From the NCBI GenBank assembly GCA_951406725.2, contig OX597826.1, positions 58,342,001 through 58,406,000 on the forward strand: a stretch of 64,000 bases of DNA, given 5' to 3'. This document shows, in pieces, positions 12,156-28,299 of the stretch (within the stretch, counting starts at the first letter, position 1; every line of letters starts with the position of its first letter). Made by a program: the position numbers and the translations under genes. The notes under the pieces were generated by a model. The model saw only the letters and a program-made list of their open reading frames with translations. It was not told where the DNA came from and did not search any database. Source of the stretch: Octopus vulgaris. Taxonomy: Eukaryota.

Positions 12156-12516
12156 GGCGCAGGAGTGGCTGTGTGGTAAGTAGCTTGTTTACCAACCACA
12201 TGGTTCCGGGTTCAGTCCCACTGCGTGGCATCTTGGGCAAGTGTCTTCTGCTATAGCCCCGGGCCGACCAATGCCTTGTGAGTGGATTTGGTAGACGGAA
12301 ACTGAAAGAAGCCTGTCGTATATATGTATATATATATATGTATGTGTATGTGTGTATGTGTGTCTGTGTTTGTTCCCCTAGCATTGCTTGACAACCGATG
12401 CTGGTGTGTTTACGACACAAAAAGAATAAGTCCCGGGGTCGAGTTGCTCGACTAAAGGCGGTGCTCCAGCATGGCCGCAGTCAAATGACTGAAACAAGTA
12501 AAAGAGTAAAAGAGTA
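12156..12516 (+). mobile_element. tRNA-derived SINE family A (CORE-like CTTGGGCAAGT, internal microsatellite, CR1-like tail), internally deleted
   Basis: A box (TGGCTGTGTGG) and B box (GGTTCAGTCCC); tail ggcggtgctccagcatggccgcagtcaaatgactgaaacaagtaaaagag; at least 9 copies in the window. Confidence 0.9.
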
Positions 12517-12852
12517 ATATATAAACAGAAATTACAAGCAACTCTTATTCACGCGATGCTCGCACAAAACATTCATACATTCACGCACACACAAATACAT
12601 ATGTGCAGAGATATTCCCACACACGCGCATACGCACTGTCATATAAACACGAAAGCGCTCGCCATTTTCGATGCAGATCGTACAGACGCTCACAAAGAGA
12701 AAAAGTACGTGTAATACACACATACACGAACACACACATATGCATATAGTTTCATACGCGTATATCCATAAGCACATACACATGCGAGTAACATACATGC
12801 ATATATATTCATGCACTTATATGCATAGACACACACACATATATACACATGG

Positions 12853-12887
<35 letters not shown>

Positions 12888-13177
12888 TGTATGTATGTAT
12901 GTATGTATGTATGTATGTGTACGTGTGTCTGTGTGTTTGTGAGTGTGTGTGTGTGCGTGTGCACATATGGTCATCTGCGTACGCATACACAATAAACATA
13001 TAAATGAAAATGTGCCGTCGTGCTTATAATGAGACCACCGGAAACGGAAGTAGTATTTGAATTGTGGACGAGTCCATCCATGATAGCCAAATAACAGGTA
13101 GGGTCAAATTTGGAAGTGGGTTACGACTGAGTGGACAGAGCATGCATAATAATAATAATGATAATGATGATAATAAC

Positions 13178-13243
<66 letters not shown>

Positions 13244-13351
13244 TAGAAGAAGGAGGAGGAGGAGAAGAAGAAGAAGAAGAGTAGAAGAAGAAGAAAAACT
13301 ACAACAGCCGCAAGAAGAGTTATAGTGATAGTGATGATGATGTTGCTGCAG

Positions 13352-13429
<78 letters not shown>

Positions 13430-14368
13430 TGTATGTGTGTGAGCAGGTGGTGCGATAGAAATGTTACGACGGCGGAGGCGTTACTTGACGTGGGTGAGAT
13501 GGGGCGGAAGTAGCATTGGTGGGTTGTTTTAAATATCTGGTCGAAGGACGTTGCAATGGCCATGGTGTATTCGTGTATTCGTGTGTGTGTGAAGAAATAT
13601 CAGTAGTAGTAGTAGTAGTAGTAGGTGGTGGTGGTGGCGGTGGAGGAGTTGCGGTCGGTTGGGGTTCAGCATGTAAGACTAAACGTTTACACCGAATGAC
13701 GATTTTAGTATAGTAATATCGCCACAACCACCACCACCACCACCACCACTAAAACCACCACCACCACCACCACCACCACCACCACCACCACCACCACTAA
13801 AACCACCACCACCATAGCCGTCTTTATTGTGCTCACCGTCACCCTCTTCTTTTTTAGCCATTATCACCTCCTCCTGTTTCGCACTACAACCATCAACATG
13901 ATGACGATGATGACGATGATAATGGTGACGATGATGATGATCCTTTTCCTCCTCCTCCTCCTCCTCCTCCCCCTCGTCATCATCAATATCATGAATATAA
14001 AAAAAAAAACTTCAATCTATTTGCAAACAGGAAACGGGATTCTGTGATGGTCATTCATATCTTTCTGAGAAAAAAAAACCCATGAAAATGAAGAACCTTC
14101 GACAAGAATGTAAACCGCCATCGCTGAGTAGCGTCATTGATGGCGTAATGTTTGCTTGACCATTCCGTATATACGGTATCTAGCGAATAATTTACATCGG
14201 TAGAAGCGTTAGGGCATCGCATAAAATTCCTTGTATTCTTTTGGCACTCAGATTTCGAATCCTGCAAGGCTAAAAACAACAACAAAAAACCCCGAATCTG
14301 AGGCGATTTTAATATTCTAAATACTACCCTGAATTTCATTCTTTGCGCCAATGTTATAAAAGTTTAAA

Positions 14369-14542
14369 GGCGGCGAGCTAGCAGAATCGTTAAGTACGCT
14401 AGATGAAATGCTTAGCGGCAGTTTGTTCGTGTCTATGTTCTGAGTTCAAATTCTGCAAAAGTCGACTTTGCCTTTCATCCTTTCGGGGTCGAAAAATAAA
14501 GTACGATGTAATCGACTAGTCCCTTTCCCACAAAATTTCAGG
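14369..14542 (+). mobile_element. SINE family B
   Basis: ggcggcgagctagcagaatcg...gagttcaaat...ctttcatcctttcggggtcg; an older decayed head lies at 14199-14270. Confidence 0.85.
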
Positions 14543-14582
14543 ATTATTACTAAAACTTTAGGCTTACTGTCTGTGGAAGAAT

Positions 14583-14790
14583 TTCTTCTTCTTCTTCTTC
14601 TTCTTCTTCTTCTTCTTCTTCTTCTTCTTCTTCTTCTTCTTCTTCTTCTTCTTCTTCTTCTTCTTCTTCTTCTTCTTCACCACTTCTTCTTCTTCAGCTT
14701 CTTCTTCTTCTTCTTCTTCTTCTTCTTCTTCTTCTTCTTCTTCTTCTTCTTCTTCTTCTTCTTCTTCTTCTTCTTCTTCTTCTTTCTTCT
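14583..14790. repeat. (CTT)n microsatellite
   Basis: Direct inspection. Confidence 0.97.
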
Positions 14791-15591
14791 TCCAGCTAAA
14801 GTCTTTGCTGAGACCCTGGAGATTTCTCGCGAAAAAGTTAAACATATCATCAACAACATTCTGGACATGAGAAAGCTTTCCACAAAATAGGTACCGAAAT
14901 GCCTGAAAGCAGATCTGAAGCGCAGCAGAGTGATGACATGAAAGGCGATTTTCAGCCAGTTTGCACCGGGACAGGCTAATTTTATGGCTCGTTTACTCAC
15001 CATGGATGAAAGTTGACTTCATCATTATGATCCCTAGACTAAATAGCGATTAACGGAGTGTAGTTACAGCCGTTCACGCGTCCCAAGAAGTTTCGAACCC
15101 AGAAGTCAGCTGGAAAGATTCTGACTTCAGTTTTCCGGGACATAGATGGGAGTATTCCTCATAAAATACCCCCAAAGAGTCCCACTATCAACGCAGAATA
15201 CTACATGACTCTGTTGGGAAGAACTGCGTGAAGCTTTAAAGCAGAAATACTGAGAAAGCGGGGCCGTGATGTCCTGTTTTTGTAGGACGATGTACCAACA
15301 CACACAAAGCCCATGAATCGCTACTGAAAATACGCGACTTTGGCTTCGATTTGATAGACCACCCTCCTTACTCTCCTGACTCGGGCCCCTGCGACTATCA
15401 CCTCTTTCCACAACTAAAGAAACATCAGCAAAAAGAATCTTTCGAGTTCTTTTTACAGGGCTTAGATAAACCCAAGGACCGCTGCAATAAGTGTGTGAAT
15501 CTGGAAGGGGAATATGTTGGAGAAAATCATAATCAACGGAAGCCCCTGTATTTTTTTCCTCAAACCCAGGAACTTTCCAGCACACCCTTCA
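14790..15591 (+). mobile_element. decayed mariner element (3' two-thirds with right TIR)
   Basis: AETLEISREKVKHIINNILDMRKLSTK*VPKCL; LLTMDES*LHHYDP; PKKFRTQKSAGK; HPPYSPDSGPCDYHLFPQLKKH; ends caggaactttccagcacacccttca|TA. Confidence 0.9.
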
Positions 15592-15759
15592 TATTCGGTC
15601 AGTACTTGAGAATGTGAGCATAAGTGGAGGGGCAAATACGTATTTAGTTTAGTAAGTGCGTGTATCTCCGGAGACATTTAATGCCCAGGTGCGCTATCTT
15701 CGACTCAACCTTGGTGCTTTTCCTATTTCAATACCTTGATTCTATCGGACCCTAAAAAT

Positions 15760-15892
15760 CTTTTACCTTTTACTTGTTTCGGTCATCCGATTGCGGGTAT
15801 GCTCGGGCACCACTTTCAACGGTTCTGGTCGAAAAGATCGATCGATCCCAGGATCTTTTTTTAAAAACCTGTTTCTTATTCTATCGGTCTCT
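15760..15892 (-). mobile_element. old 3' fragment of SINE family A
   Basis: ttttacttgtttcggtca...gctcgggcacc...cttattctatcggtctct, a diverged match to the family A tail. Confidence 0.65.
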
Positions 15893-16395
15893 GAACCCCA
15901 AACAGTGTAGTTGCAAAGCCAACTGCTTAATCACATTCACATGCCTGCCCGCATGAACACACACACATAAACACACACACACACACATGTATGTATATAT
16001 GTATATTTATATTTATGAATGTGTGTATATATATGCATAAAAATGTAATAAAGTGTGTATACATATATGCATATGTACAGTATGTATATGTCTGTATCTA
16101 TATCCATCCATCTATATTTATCTCTCTCTCTCTCCCTCTCTCTCTCACTCTATCTATCTATCTACCTATCTACCTATCTATCTATATATATATCTATCTA
16201 TATATATATATATATTTAAAAAAGGAGATGTGGAACACGAGTTGTGATATATAAAAAAAGGAAATGAAGAAAATGCTGACAAAATAATTTAAGTAAGGGA
16301 GAGTGTATTTAATTAGGTGAAAGTTCTTTTTACCGGTTGCGCATTTGTTATGCTTATCAAAAGATATTTTTAAAAGATAGATAGAGTTCCTTTCT

Positions 16396-16460
<65 letters not shown>

Positions 16461-16493
16461 ATAGATGGATAGATAGATAGATAGATAGATATA

Positions 16494-16643
16494 CAGGGTG
16501 TTTACTAAGTCTCTCTGCATGGCGATTCTTAGGGGCCAAAGTCTCTTCGAAATAATCCGTTCACCGAAAATCTCTTGAAATAGCGCCACGATGATGCGCA
16601 GGACGAAAATAATTCACTGAGGAGAAACTTTTTGAACACCCCG
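16494..16643 (-). mobile_element. 150-bp internally deleted Tc1/mariner derivative
   Basis: Ends TA|CAGGGTGTTT...TTTGAACACCCCG; internal minus-strand peptide [19 protein letters not shown] resembles the segment before WPPRSPDL in DDD transposases. Confidence 0.7.
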
Positions 16644-16648
16644 CGCGC

Positions 16649-16701
<53 letters not shown>

Positions 16702-16803
16702 CATACATACATACATACATACATACATACATACATACATACATGCATACATACATACATATTTACACGTGCATACATACATACATACATATATACATAC
16801 AAT

Positions 16804-17013
16804 GCGGCGAGCTTCGGGTGAAATGCTCAGCGGTATTTCGTCTGTCGTTACGTTCTGAGTTCAAATTCCGCCGAGGTCGACTTTACCTTTCATCCTTTCG
16901 GGGTGATAAATAAAGTACCAGTTTCGCACTGGGGTTGATGTAATCGACTTAATCCCTTTGTCTGTCCTTGTTTGTCCCCTCTATGTTTAGCCCCTTGTGG
17001 GCAATACAGAAAT
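16804..17013 (+). mobile_element. SINE family B
   Basis: Core match plus 3' part ttaatccctttgtctgtccttgtttgtcccct. Confidence 0.85.
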
Positions 17014-18176
17014 ATATATACATACATACATGCATACATACATACATACATACATACATACATACATACATACATACATGCATATACATACATACATACG
17101 TATATACATACACACATTCAATGGAGGCAGAGAAGAAGAGATATGTGCGTGTGTAGGGCCCGATATAGATAAGTGGGGTAAAATTGGTGGATTTCGGTTA
17201 GGGGTGGAAGTAATTCTCTGCCTACACTAATGAGTCATTCGGCCACTGACCATAGCAAATGACCTCTTCTCTCCATCACCCTCTCTCTTTCACTCCCTCC
17301 CTCCCTCTGTCACACATACACTCTCTCTCAACACGCATACACTCGCGCACTCATTTTCTCTCCTTCCCTTTTTCTCTACGATTTTTATCACATCACACGC
17401 TCCCATTATTTCTTCTTTTCCTTTTCCTTGTTATTTACCAATGTTGATGTCGTTCCTACGAATGCTGATGTTGTTGTTGCTGTTGTTGTTGTTGTTGTTG
17501 CTTTTAGTCTTCACTCCTTTTCGCACTCTTCGTCCATTCTCTCTCCATTCCTAAAATTCATGTGTCCAGTTCAGTCCGGTTCGTTTCATCTACGAAAAAT
17601 CAACGAAAAATACCCCACCCCACCCCACCCCACCCCGCCACCCCCTTCTCACCTACTCCCCAGCAGCTCACACGTATACATCTCTCGATCCCAGCCATTT
17701 CCCACCACCACCTCCACCACCACCACCACCACCACCACCACCACCAAACCACCACCACCACCACCACCACCACCACCACTACCACCACCACCACTATAAC
17801 CACCACCACCACCACCACCACCACTACCACTACCACCACCACCACAACCACCACCACCACCACCACCGCCGCAGCCACCGCCACCACCTCCTCCTCCTCC
17901 TCCTCCTCCAACTACCACTGCAATATTTTCATCTTATCTACAACTCCACACCCAACTTGCAGTCAGTCCACTATCATATCTCTTTGATGTCATCTCTTGC
18001 GCTGGTCAGCTATTTTCAAATCCTTCCCCACTCTCACCCACGCCCAAACCACCGTCACAGAACGCCAAGACTGACCAAGTAATTCAGGAACAATTCTGGC
18101 AGAAAACTCTGCCATTTGTTAGTAAACACCAACATCCTTATTTTGTTCCTTGCAATTTATTTCTTCACTGTCCTCT

Positions 18177-18212
<36 letters not shown>

Positions 18213-18421
18213 TATTGTTGTTATTGTTCTTGTTGTTATTATTGCCGTTATTGTTATTGTTGTTATTGTTATTGTTGTAGATATCGTGATCTTTATTGTT
18301 ATCGTTATAGTGGTCGCCATTATTGTTAGTGTGGTTTATGATAGTCTCATTGCTCAGCCTACTCAGGCGAAGGGAAATGACCATATACCAACCACCACTC
18401 CCATCTGCCTACCTACCTCCC

Positions 18422-18476
<55 letters not shown>

Positions 18477-18485
18477 CCACCTCCC

Positions 18486-18562
<77 letters not shown>

Positions 18563-18572
18563 CCCACCTCCC

Positions 18573-18637
<65 letters not shown>

Positions 18638-18651
18638 CCTACCTACTTCCC

Positions 18652-18723
<72 letters not shown>

Positions 18724-18729
18724 CTTTAC

Positions 18730-19129
18730 TCTCTTTTACTCTTTTACTTGTTTCAGTCATTTGACTGAGGCCATGCTGGAGCACCGCCTTTAGTCGAGCA
18801 AATCGACCCCAGGACTTATTCTTTGTAAGCCTGGTACTTATTCTATCGATCTCTTTTGCCGAACCGCTAAGTTACAGGGACGTAAACACACCCGCAACAG
18901 TCATCAAGCGATGTTGGGGGACAAACACAGACATACAAACACACACATACACACACACACACATATATATATACGACGGGCTTCTTTCAGTTTCCGTCTA
19001 CCAAATCCACTCACAAGGCCTAGGCCGACCCGAGGCTATAGTAGAAGACACTCGTCCAAGGTGCCACGCAGTGGGACTGAACTCGGAATCATGTGGTTGG
19101 TAAGCAAGCTACATACCACACTGCCACTC
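18730..19129 (-). mobile_element. SINE family A, near full length, inside (TATC)n
   Basis: Reverse complement of the family A sequence; (TCTA)n on both sides. Confidence 0.9.
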
Positions 19130-19135
19130 ATACAC

Positions 19136-19244
<109 letters not shown>

Positions 19245-19258
19245 GATCTATCTATCAT

Positions 19259-19316
<58 letters not shown>

Positions 19317-19386
19317 ACATACGCGTGTATGTGCGTGCTCCTGTGTGTTGTGAGAGTTTTATGTGTAAAGAAGTTTAACAAAATAA

Positions 19387-21992
<2,606 letters not shown>

Positions 21993-22120
21993 TCTACTGT
22001 AGGCACAAAGCCTAAAAAATTGTGGGAGGCGACTGCCCGATTGCAGTACTCAAAGGATACATATTTTATCGAACCTGAAAGAATGAACGGCAAAGTCGAT
22101 GTTGCCAGCATTTGAACTTA
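21993..22120 (-). mobile_element. old SINE family B fragment whose tail abuts the (AAT)n
   Basis: attttatcgaacctgaaagaatgaacggcaaagtcga...atttgaact. Confidence 0.7.
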
Positions 22121-22979
22121 AACTTATTATTCGGTTGTTACATTCTTGAAGAACGAAGCATCGCAGTTAATCTTTGCTAGCTTCATTTTTTCTTGTTTTC
22201 GGTACTTTCTTGAGAAAAATTTCCTTGTCGTCTGGAAAACATAATTTTCATCTCAATAATTTTTCATGTTCTATTCTATTCTGGAAAATTTTTTCCTTAT
22301 TCTCTAAATTTTTTGTCCCAATCGTTTGGAAATGTTCATATGCAATTATTTCTTCCTCACGAATATAAAAAAAAAAAATATATATATATATATACATACA
22401 TATATAAATATATGCACACACACATACACACATATATATATATATACATACATAGATATTCCATATTATGAATACACACACACACACACACACACACAAA
22501 TATATATTTATATAGATATATCTATATACATATTTGTATATTTGTGTGTGAAATTATATTTGGGTAGAAACCATGTAGGATGCTGTGTTAAGCTGGACCA
22601 CAGGATTTGGCTACCTCATGTCATCAACATCAATATGTTGTGGATTAGAATGAAGAATTTCCTGAATTCCATTTCTCTCTCTGATTGCTCTCTCTCTCTC
22701 TTATTACGTCTCTCTCTCTTTCTCTCTCTCTCTCTCCATACACACACACATACACATATGCATAAGTGTGAGCTATATCTATATATCTCTCTCTATATAT
22801 ATATAAATGAAAAATGCATTAAATACTACAAAGCGTACATGTAGGACAGGCAATCCTTCCTCAGTGTCCTTGTGTCTGTCCTACGTGTACGTTTTGTAGT
22901 ATTTAATGCATTTTCATTTATGGAATAACTGTATGCCATGCATCCCGACTTTTGTCAACAGTAAGTTTCTTTGTATATG

Positions 22980-23010
<31 letters not shown>

Positions 23011-23011
<1 letters not shown>

Positions 23012-23366
23012 ACTGGAACAAAAACGCAATAGAGGACAAAACATTCGGACAGATAGACGATACAAAGGCAGACAGGAAAAACAAAAAAGGACCGGTCATT
23101 CGTGGCCTTCTTTCTTCAGTCAAGTTACCAGATGTCCTTACAGTTTCGGGTAGTTACACTTGAGACTCTTCAATCTGGTTGCCCCCCCCCCAAGTCTAAG
23201 CTAAGAGCATTAGATTTTTTGTAAGAAAGGGAGCGAATGTGTAAGGCAACAAAGATAAAAAACGGAAACATTGTACACAATCAGTTGGGCTGCCGTGTAA
23301 AAATTGAAAACCTTAAAGCAGGAACTTAGGAGATAGACATAAGAGGTGTGGCGGTCGGCAGTCAAG

Positions 23367-23370
<4 letters not shown>
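23011..23370 (-). mobile_element. non-coding Penelope-like-derived repeat inserted in (TA)n
   Basis: Homologous in reverse to 35845-35990 (tctaatgc.ctt.gcttaga...tctcaag...ccgaaa...atctggt..cttgactga.ga); carries hammerhead boxes; (TA)n flanks. Confidence 0.6.
23107..23179 (-). ncRNA. candidate permuted hammerhead ribozyme (decayed stems II and III)
   Basis: ACCAGAT..gaagaGTC|TCAAGT-10nt-GAAACT..ATCTGGT-a-ACTTGA-CTGAAGA. Confidence 0.55.
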
Positions 23371-23401
<31 letters not shown>

Positions 23402-24101
23402 GTTCACGTATATATAGGTATGTATATATATAATGTATATCGGTTTGAATTATGAAATACATATGTTCTACTCGTGACATAGTATGCTGTATATTTAAGG
23501 AGATTGGGTTAGTATTTCTAGCAGGGTTAGCGACCACATACTTAAGGGGTTATTTATTTCATAGACCACATTCCAAGACATGTTCTGCTGGAAGTCAAAA
23601 ATACGAGTACAAAAACGATACTGAATGGTGTAAGTAAATACCAGAAGGCACTAAATACGATGGCTCATGCCATCAATTTTTCGGCAGAGAACCCTGGCCC
23701 AATAGAGAAAATAATGCAGATATTTTTTTCAGGTTTTCATGTCATCGAAACCCTTTAGGGATGTAGGAAGATGATAGGTTAACATGAAACTTGTCTTAGA
23801 GGATGGTTGAATTTGAAAAACCACAAAAATTTGAAAATAAATACAAATTCCTGCTGTTCAGGCACTTTTAGTTCGGTGTAGAACACATTTTTTTCGAACA
23901 GGTATTATGAATAAATAAATCCATAAATAGATAAAATAAATAAATAAATAAATAAATCAACGTAAGTTGCTGGAAAGTAAATAAAAAAAATACACACGAA
24001 AATGCAATAAAATTATAATGATTCCATAAAACGTTCCCAGACTGAAGACTATGATAGTACGTGATTGCATATACATACATACACACACACACACACACAC
24101 C

Positions 24102-24151
<50 letters not shown>

Positions 24152-24165
24152 CATATATATATGTA

Positions 24166-24197
<32 letters not shown>

Positions 24198-24644
24198 CAT
24201 ATATATATATATACTTATTCATACATATATACATACACACACACACACATATATATATCTATATATATATGCAGGCACACATTCATACACACGTAACAGA
24301 GTAGAAGATTTAAGAACACAAATACACAATCATGTGCAATCGCGTACTGACATACATGAACAAATACACATACACAAGCACATGCATATATGCATACACA
24401 CACATTTGGGTATAGACATCAGATTATTACCATTTTGTGTGTATGCGTGATTATTACATTTTTGAGTGTGTGTGTGTGTATGAATCATGTGTGTATAAAA
24501 TTAAGATATGTACTTGCAACGTGTTATGTATGTATATCGATATATATGCGTACATCCATTTATATGAATATATATATATATATCAGTATACATACATATA
24601 ACTTTATACTATATATATATATATGTATTTATATATATACATAT

Positions 24645-24730
<86 letters not shown>

Positions 24731-24862
24731 CTATGTATATATACATATATATATGCGTCGTACATATACATGTATATATATATATACATGTGTACATTAT
24801 ATATATATATTTATGTATGTATGTATATATATATACGTATATATATATATATATATGTTATA

Positions 24863-24898
<36 letters not shown>

Positions 24899-24907
24899 TG
24901 TATGTAT

Positions 24908-24952
<45 letters not shown>

Positions 24953-25896
24953 TATGTATGTATGTATGTTTGTATGTATGTATTTATGTATATATATATA
25001 TGTATGTAAGTGTGTATGTATGTACTTCATATATTCTGGTTTTTCTGACTCGTTTTGATTCAGACATGGAATGAAGTATTTTATAAGATTTCTGTGAAGA
25101 AATAAAATATAAATAAAATGAATTTTGGAAAGAAAAAATGGTGTGGAAAAACAAGAAAACGAAATGCGACACTACTCCCCTCTACCGCCAACCATCCTTT
25201 CGTTCCTTCACAATAAACGTAAATTTATAAAATAGCAAAAAAAAAAAAACTTACAAGGAAAAAATACATATATAAACATGTTGACATGACATTCCTATGT
25301 ATATACGCGCACATAAATACATACATACATACATACATACTTACATAAAATCATACTTATATATTACATATGCGTTTGTGTGGGATTGTGTTATAAATTT
25401 GTATTTATATATATATATATGTGTGTATGTATGTATGTATGTATATGTCTATATCTATATCTATATCTATATCTATAACCATATATATATATATATATAT
25501 ATATATGGATGATTGCATGTATGAATAGACAGATGGATCTATGTGTTTCAGTTTGACCATGTACATGTGTGATATGTATATCATATATATATATATAATA
25601 AGTATATTTTATATTCTGAGAAAGTCTTTATTCCTAAATTTCTTTCTGTTTTTCTTTACCGTTTTTTTTTTTTCTCTTTTTGTTCAGACGTATCTAAGTT
25701 TGAAATAATATACATATGTGTGTTTCGAAATGTTTGTGATATATAAATGTGTATATGTGCGCGCGCAAATCTGCATTACATATGCGTGTGTGTATGTGTG
25801 AATATATATATATGTGTGTGTGTGTGTGTGTTTGTGTGTGTGTGCGTGTGTACATAAATATATATATCTTTCTTTATGCGTATATATATAAATACA

Positions 25897-25929
<33 letters not shown>

Positions 25930-26152
25930 TTATATACACATTCATACACCCGTACATATATATATATATATACACACACACTATTTGTATTTTATTACTT
26001 TATTATCACATTTATCTGCACATACACGCAAACCGTGTACCCAACCCCACTCATAGAAACATTCGCACGAGCATATCTTTATGGATGCGCAAACGTTCCT
26101 CAAACCGCGATATACATAGGTTTAATTTTTTTCCCTTGAGTTTATCTTCTCA

Positions 26153-26222
<70 letters not shown>

Positions 26223-26254
26223 TATATACATACATATATGTACATAACTACATA

Positions 26255-26930
26255 TATACGAATATATACATGCATATATGTGTACAGGACATAAAAAAAA
26301 CGTTGAACACAATTAGAAACGAAAACATAAAAGCCCAAACGTAGAAACGAACATTTTTTCGAACAACGAAAAAAACCAAACAGAGAAACGCGACACGCAA
26401 CATAAAGAATATTCCCCTTCATCAGTTGTTCCTGTTTCGTCTACTCTGCGTTTTGAAGGAAAGGACAATACGCGACTTCGTTGAAACAGCCCTTCCCGCA
26501 AAGCAAATTAAATAAAATTTAGGACTTTTTGCGGAGGGCAAAAGTGGCAGTAAGAACAGGGCAGTGAGAACAACACAGTAAAAATAAACGGTGAGGGCTG
26601 TTAAGCCAGGACGATGGAAAAATTATTATGATTGCTAGGAAAACGAGCTTATGAGAGGAGATAGTATAAGCACGTCTTGTCTCTAGAAAGGTAATGGGCA
26701 GAAAGATAGATTCTCTTTCGTCACGTGTCAGCAACGAGAGAGTCGAGGAGGAGGAGTGAGAGAGAGGGAACGGTGACGAGGAGAGGAGAAGAATAGGGAA
26801 GGGTGGGAGAGAAAACCAGAAAGGATGAAGAACAAGAGAGGGAGAGAGGTAGTAAAGGTAGAAGAGTGTTCATCTTAATTATTAAGAAAAAACTTACTTG
26901 CAAAAGGATGCGTTGCGTTCGATCACATAA
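26255..26930 (-). mobile_element. non-coding Penelope-like-derived repeat (second family)
   Basis: Same layout as 35170-36048 (pyrimidine tract, CACGTG, T-rich region, hammerhead boxes, end in (TA)n); its end is repeated at 27165-27338. Confidence 0.6.
26412..26489 (-). ncRNA. candidate permuted hammerhead ribozyme (G12->A in this copy)
   Basis: CTGTTTC..CGCGTA|TTGTCC-tttccttc-aAAA-CGCa..GAAACAG-GAACAA-CTGATGA-aggggaa; sibling at 27319-27331 has GGACAA-CTGATGA. Confidence 0.55.
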
Positions 26931-27111
26931 TAATATAAATAATATATAAACATATGCATATATACATACATATATGTACATATCTTATATACAATATATA
27001 TACTGAACTTTACAGAAGTTCCTGCCGGTAATCGGCTATATTTACATACCGAATTCTACCAGTAAATAATCGGGGTTTTTTTAAAAGCCTTTTATAGAAA
27101 TTATTTACTCT

Positions 27112-27164
<53 letters not shown>

Positions 27165-27167
<3 letters not shown>

Positions 27168-27338
27168 GTATATATACATGCATATATGGGTACAGGACAT
27201 CAAAAAAATTTTGAACACAATGAGAAACTAACACAGAAAAACAAAAACGTGGAAACGAACTTTGTTTTCGAAAACGAAAATAGAGAAACGAGACATGCAA
27301 CATAAAGAATATTCCCCTTCATCAGTTGTCCCTATTTC
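27165..27338 (-). mobile_element. truncated copy of the 26255-26930 family
   Basis: Roughly 80% similar by eye to 26255-26438, including cataaagaatattccccttcatcagttgt. Confidence 0.8.
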
Positions 27339-27519
27339 ATGTATGTATGTATGTATGTATGTATGTATGTATGTATGTATGTATGCATGCATGCATGTAT
27401 GTATGTATGTATATATATTTATATAAATATATATATACAAACATACATATATATACATGCATATATGTACATACATACATATACATAATTATACATATAT
27501 ATGATCAGATACAATTGTT

Positions 27520-28280
27520 TTTGCATTAACTCCGCTCTAACTGAAGTTCGGATTCATGCTGCACAGGGAAAACCCTATCACTCAACCTTGAAGACTTCCA
27601 CATCAACACCATGTAGATCTCTAATGTTACCTGGAAAGATGTTGAACAATTGCGGGTCCTTGAAACCCAGACTATTGCAGTACTGTGTCCTCATTTTAAA
27701 TGGGGAAGACGGGATCTTTGCTATGATGCAGGGACATCCATTTCGAGGATTGGTGTAGGTGTCAATTCCAAAATTGGGACCTAAACCCTCTTAGATCTTC
27801 CAAATATATATCACCGCATATCTCTCTCATCTCTCCAGGGAAGAGAGACTCAGCTCCTTTAGCTCCTCCCAGAGGCCCCCTCTTTTGCATCGAGTCACTC
27901 TTCTTTGTGCAATGGCGCCGGATTGCTTCGTGCTCCACAGTTTGTTTCACACTCTCTGGGGACCATAGGTGGGAGCAGTAGTACAAGCGGATGAGAATGA
28001 AAGTCTTCCATAGCAGTAGCAGGGCCTCTCTTTTCCTGGTTCTGAATGTCCTCAGAATCCATCCAGCCAACTCGCCTGCACAGTGTGGCCATCTTGGTAA
28101 TATGCAAATGGACTGTTGCATCATTGCTCACGTGGAACTCCAAGTCACGCACCGACTCTGACTCTGGGATCGTATTACCTTCTAGTCCAGTGTATTCCAA
28201 TTTCAGCCCGATATTGGATCGATAGGGGAGTGCTTGAAATTTCATAGCATTGAACTGCATGTTGTTTTTGTTAGCCCATA
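27520..28280 (-). mobile_element. CR1-clade LINE ORF2 C-terminal fragment (pseudogenised)
   Basis: YIWANKNNMQFNAMKFQAL...VRDL...; GWILRTFRTR...LLLLWKTFILIRLYYCSHLWSP; YAVIYIWKILEG; NSLGFKDPQLFN; frameshifted. Confidence 0.85.
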
Positions 28281-28299
28281 TATACATACATACTATATA

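Noticed and set aside
12156-12230. tRNA genes at SINE heads
   Set aside because: A/B boxes continue into SINE bodies and no complete cloverleaf forms
14055-14351. Minus-strand exon with a good-looking acceptor (tttttagccttgcag|G)
   Set aside because: 14199-14270 aligns to the SINE family B head, and no convincing donor was found
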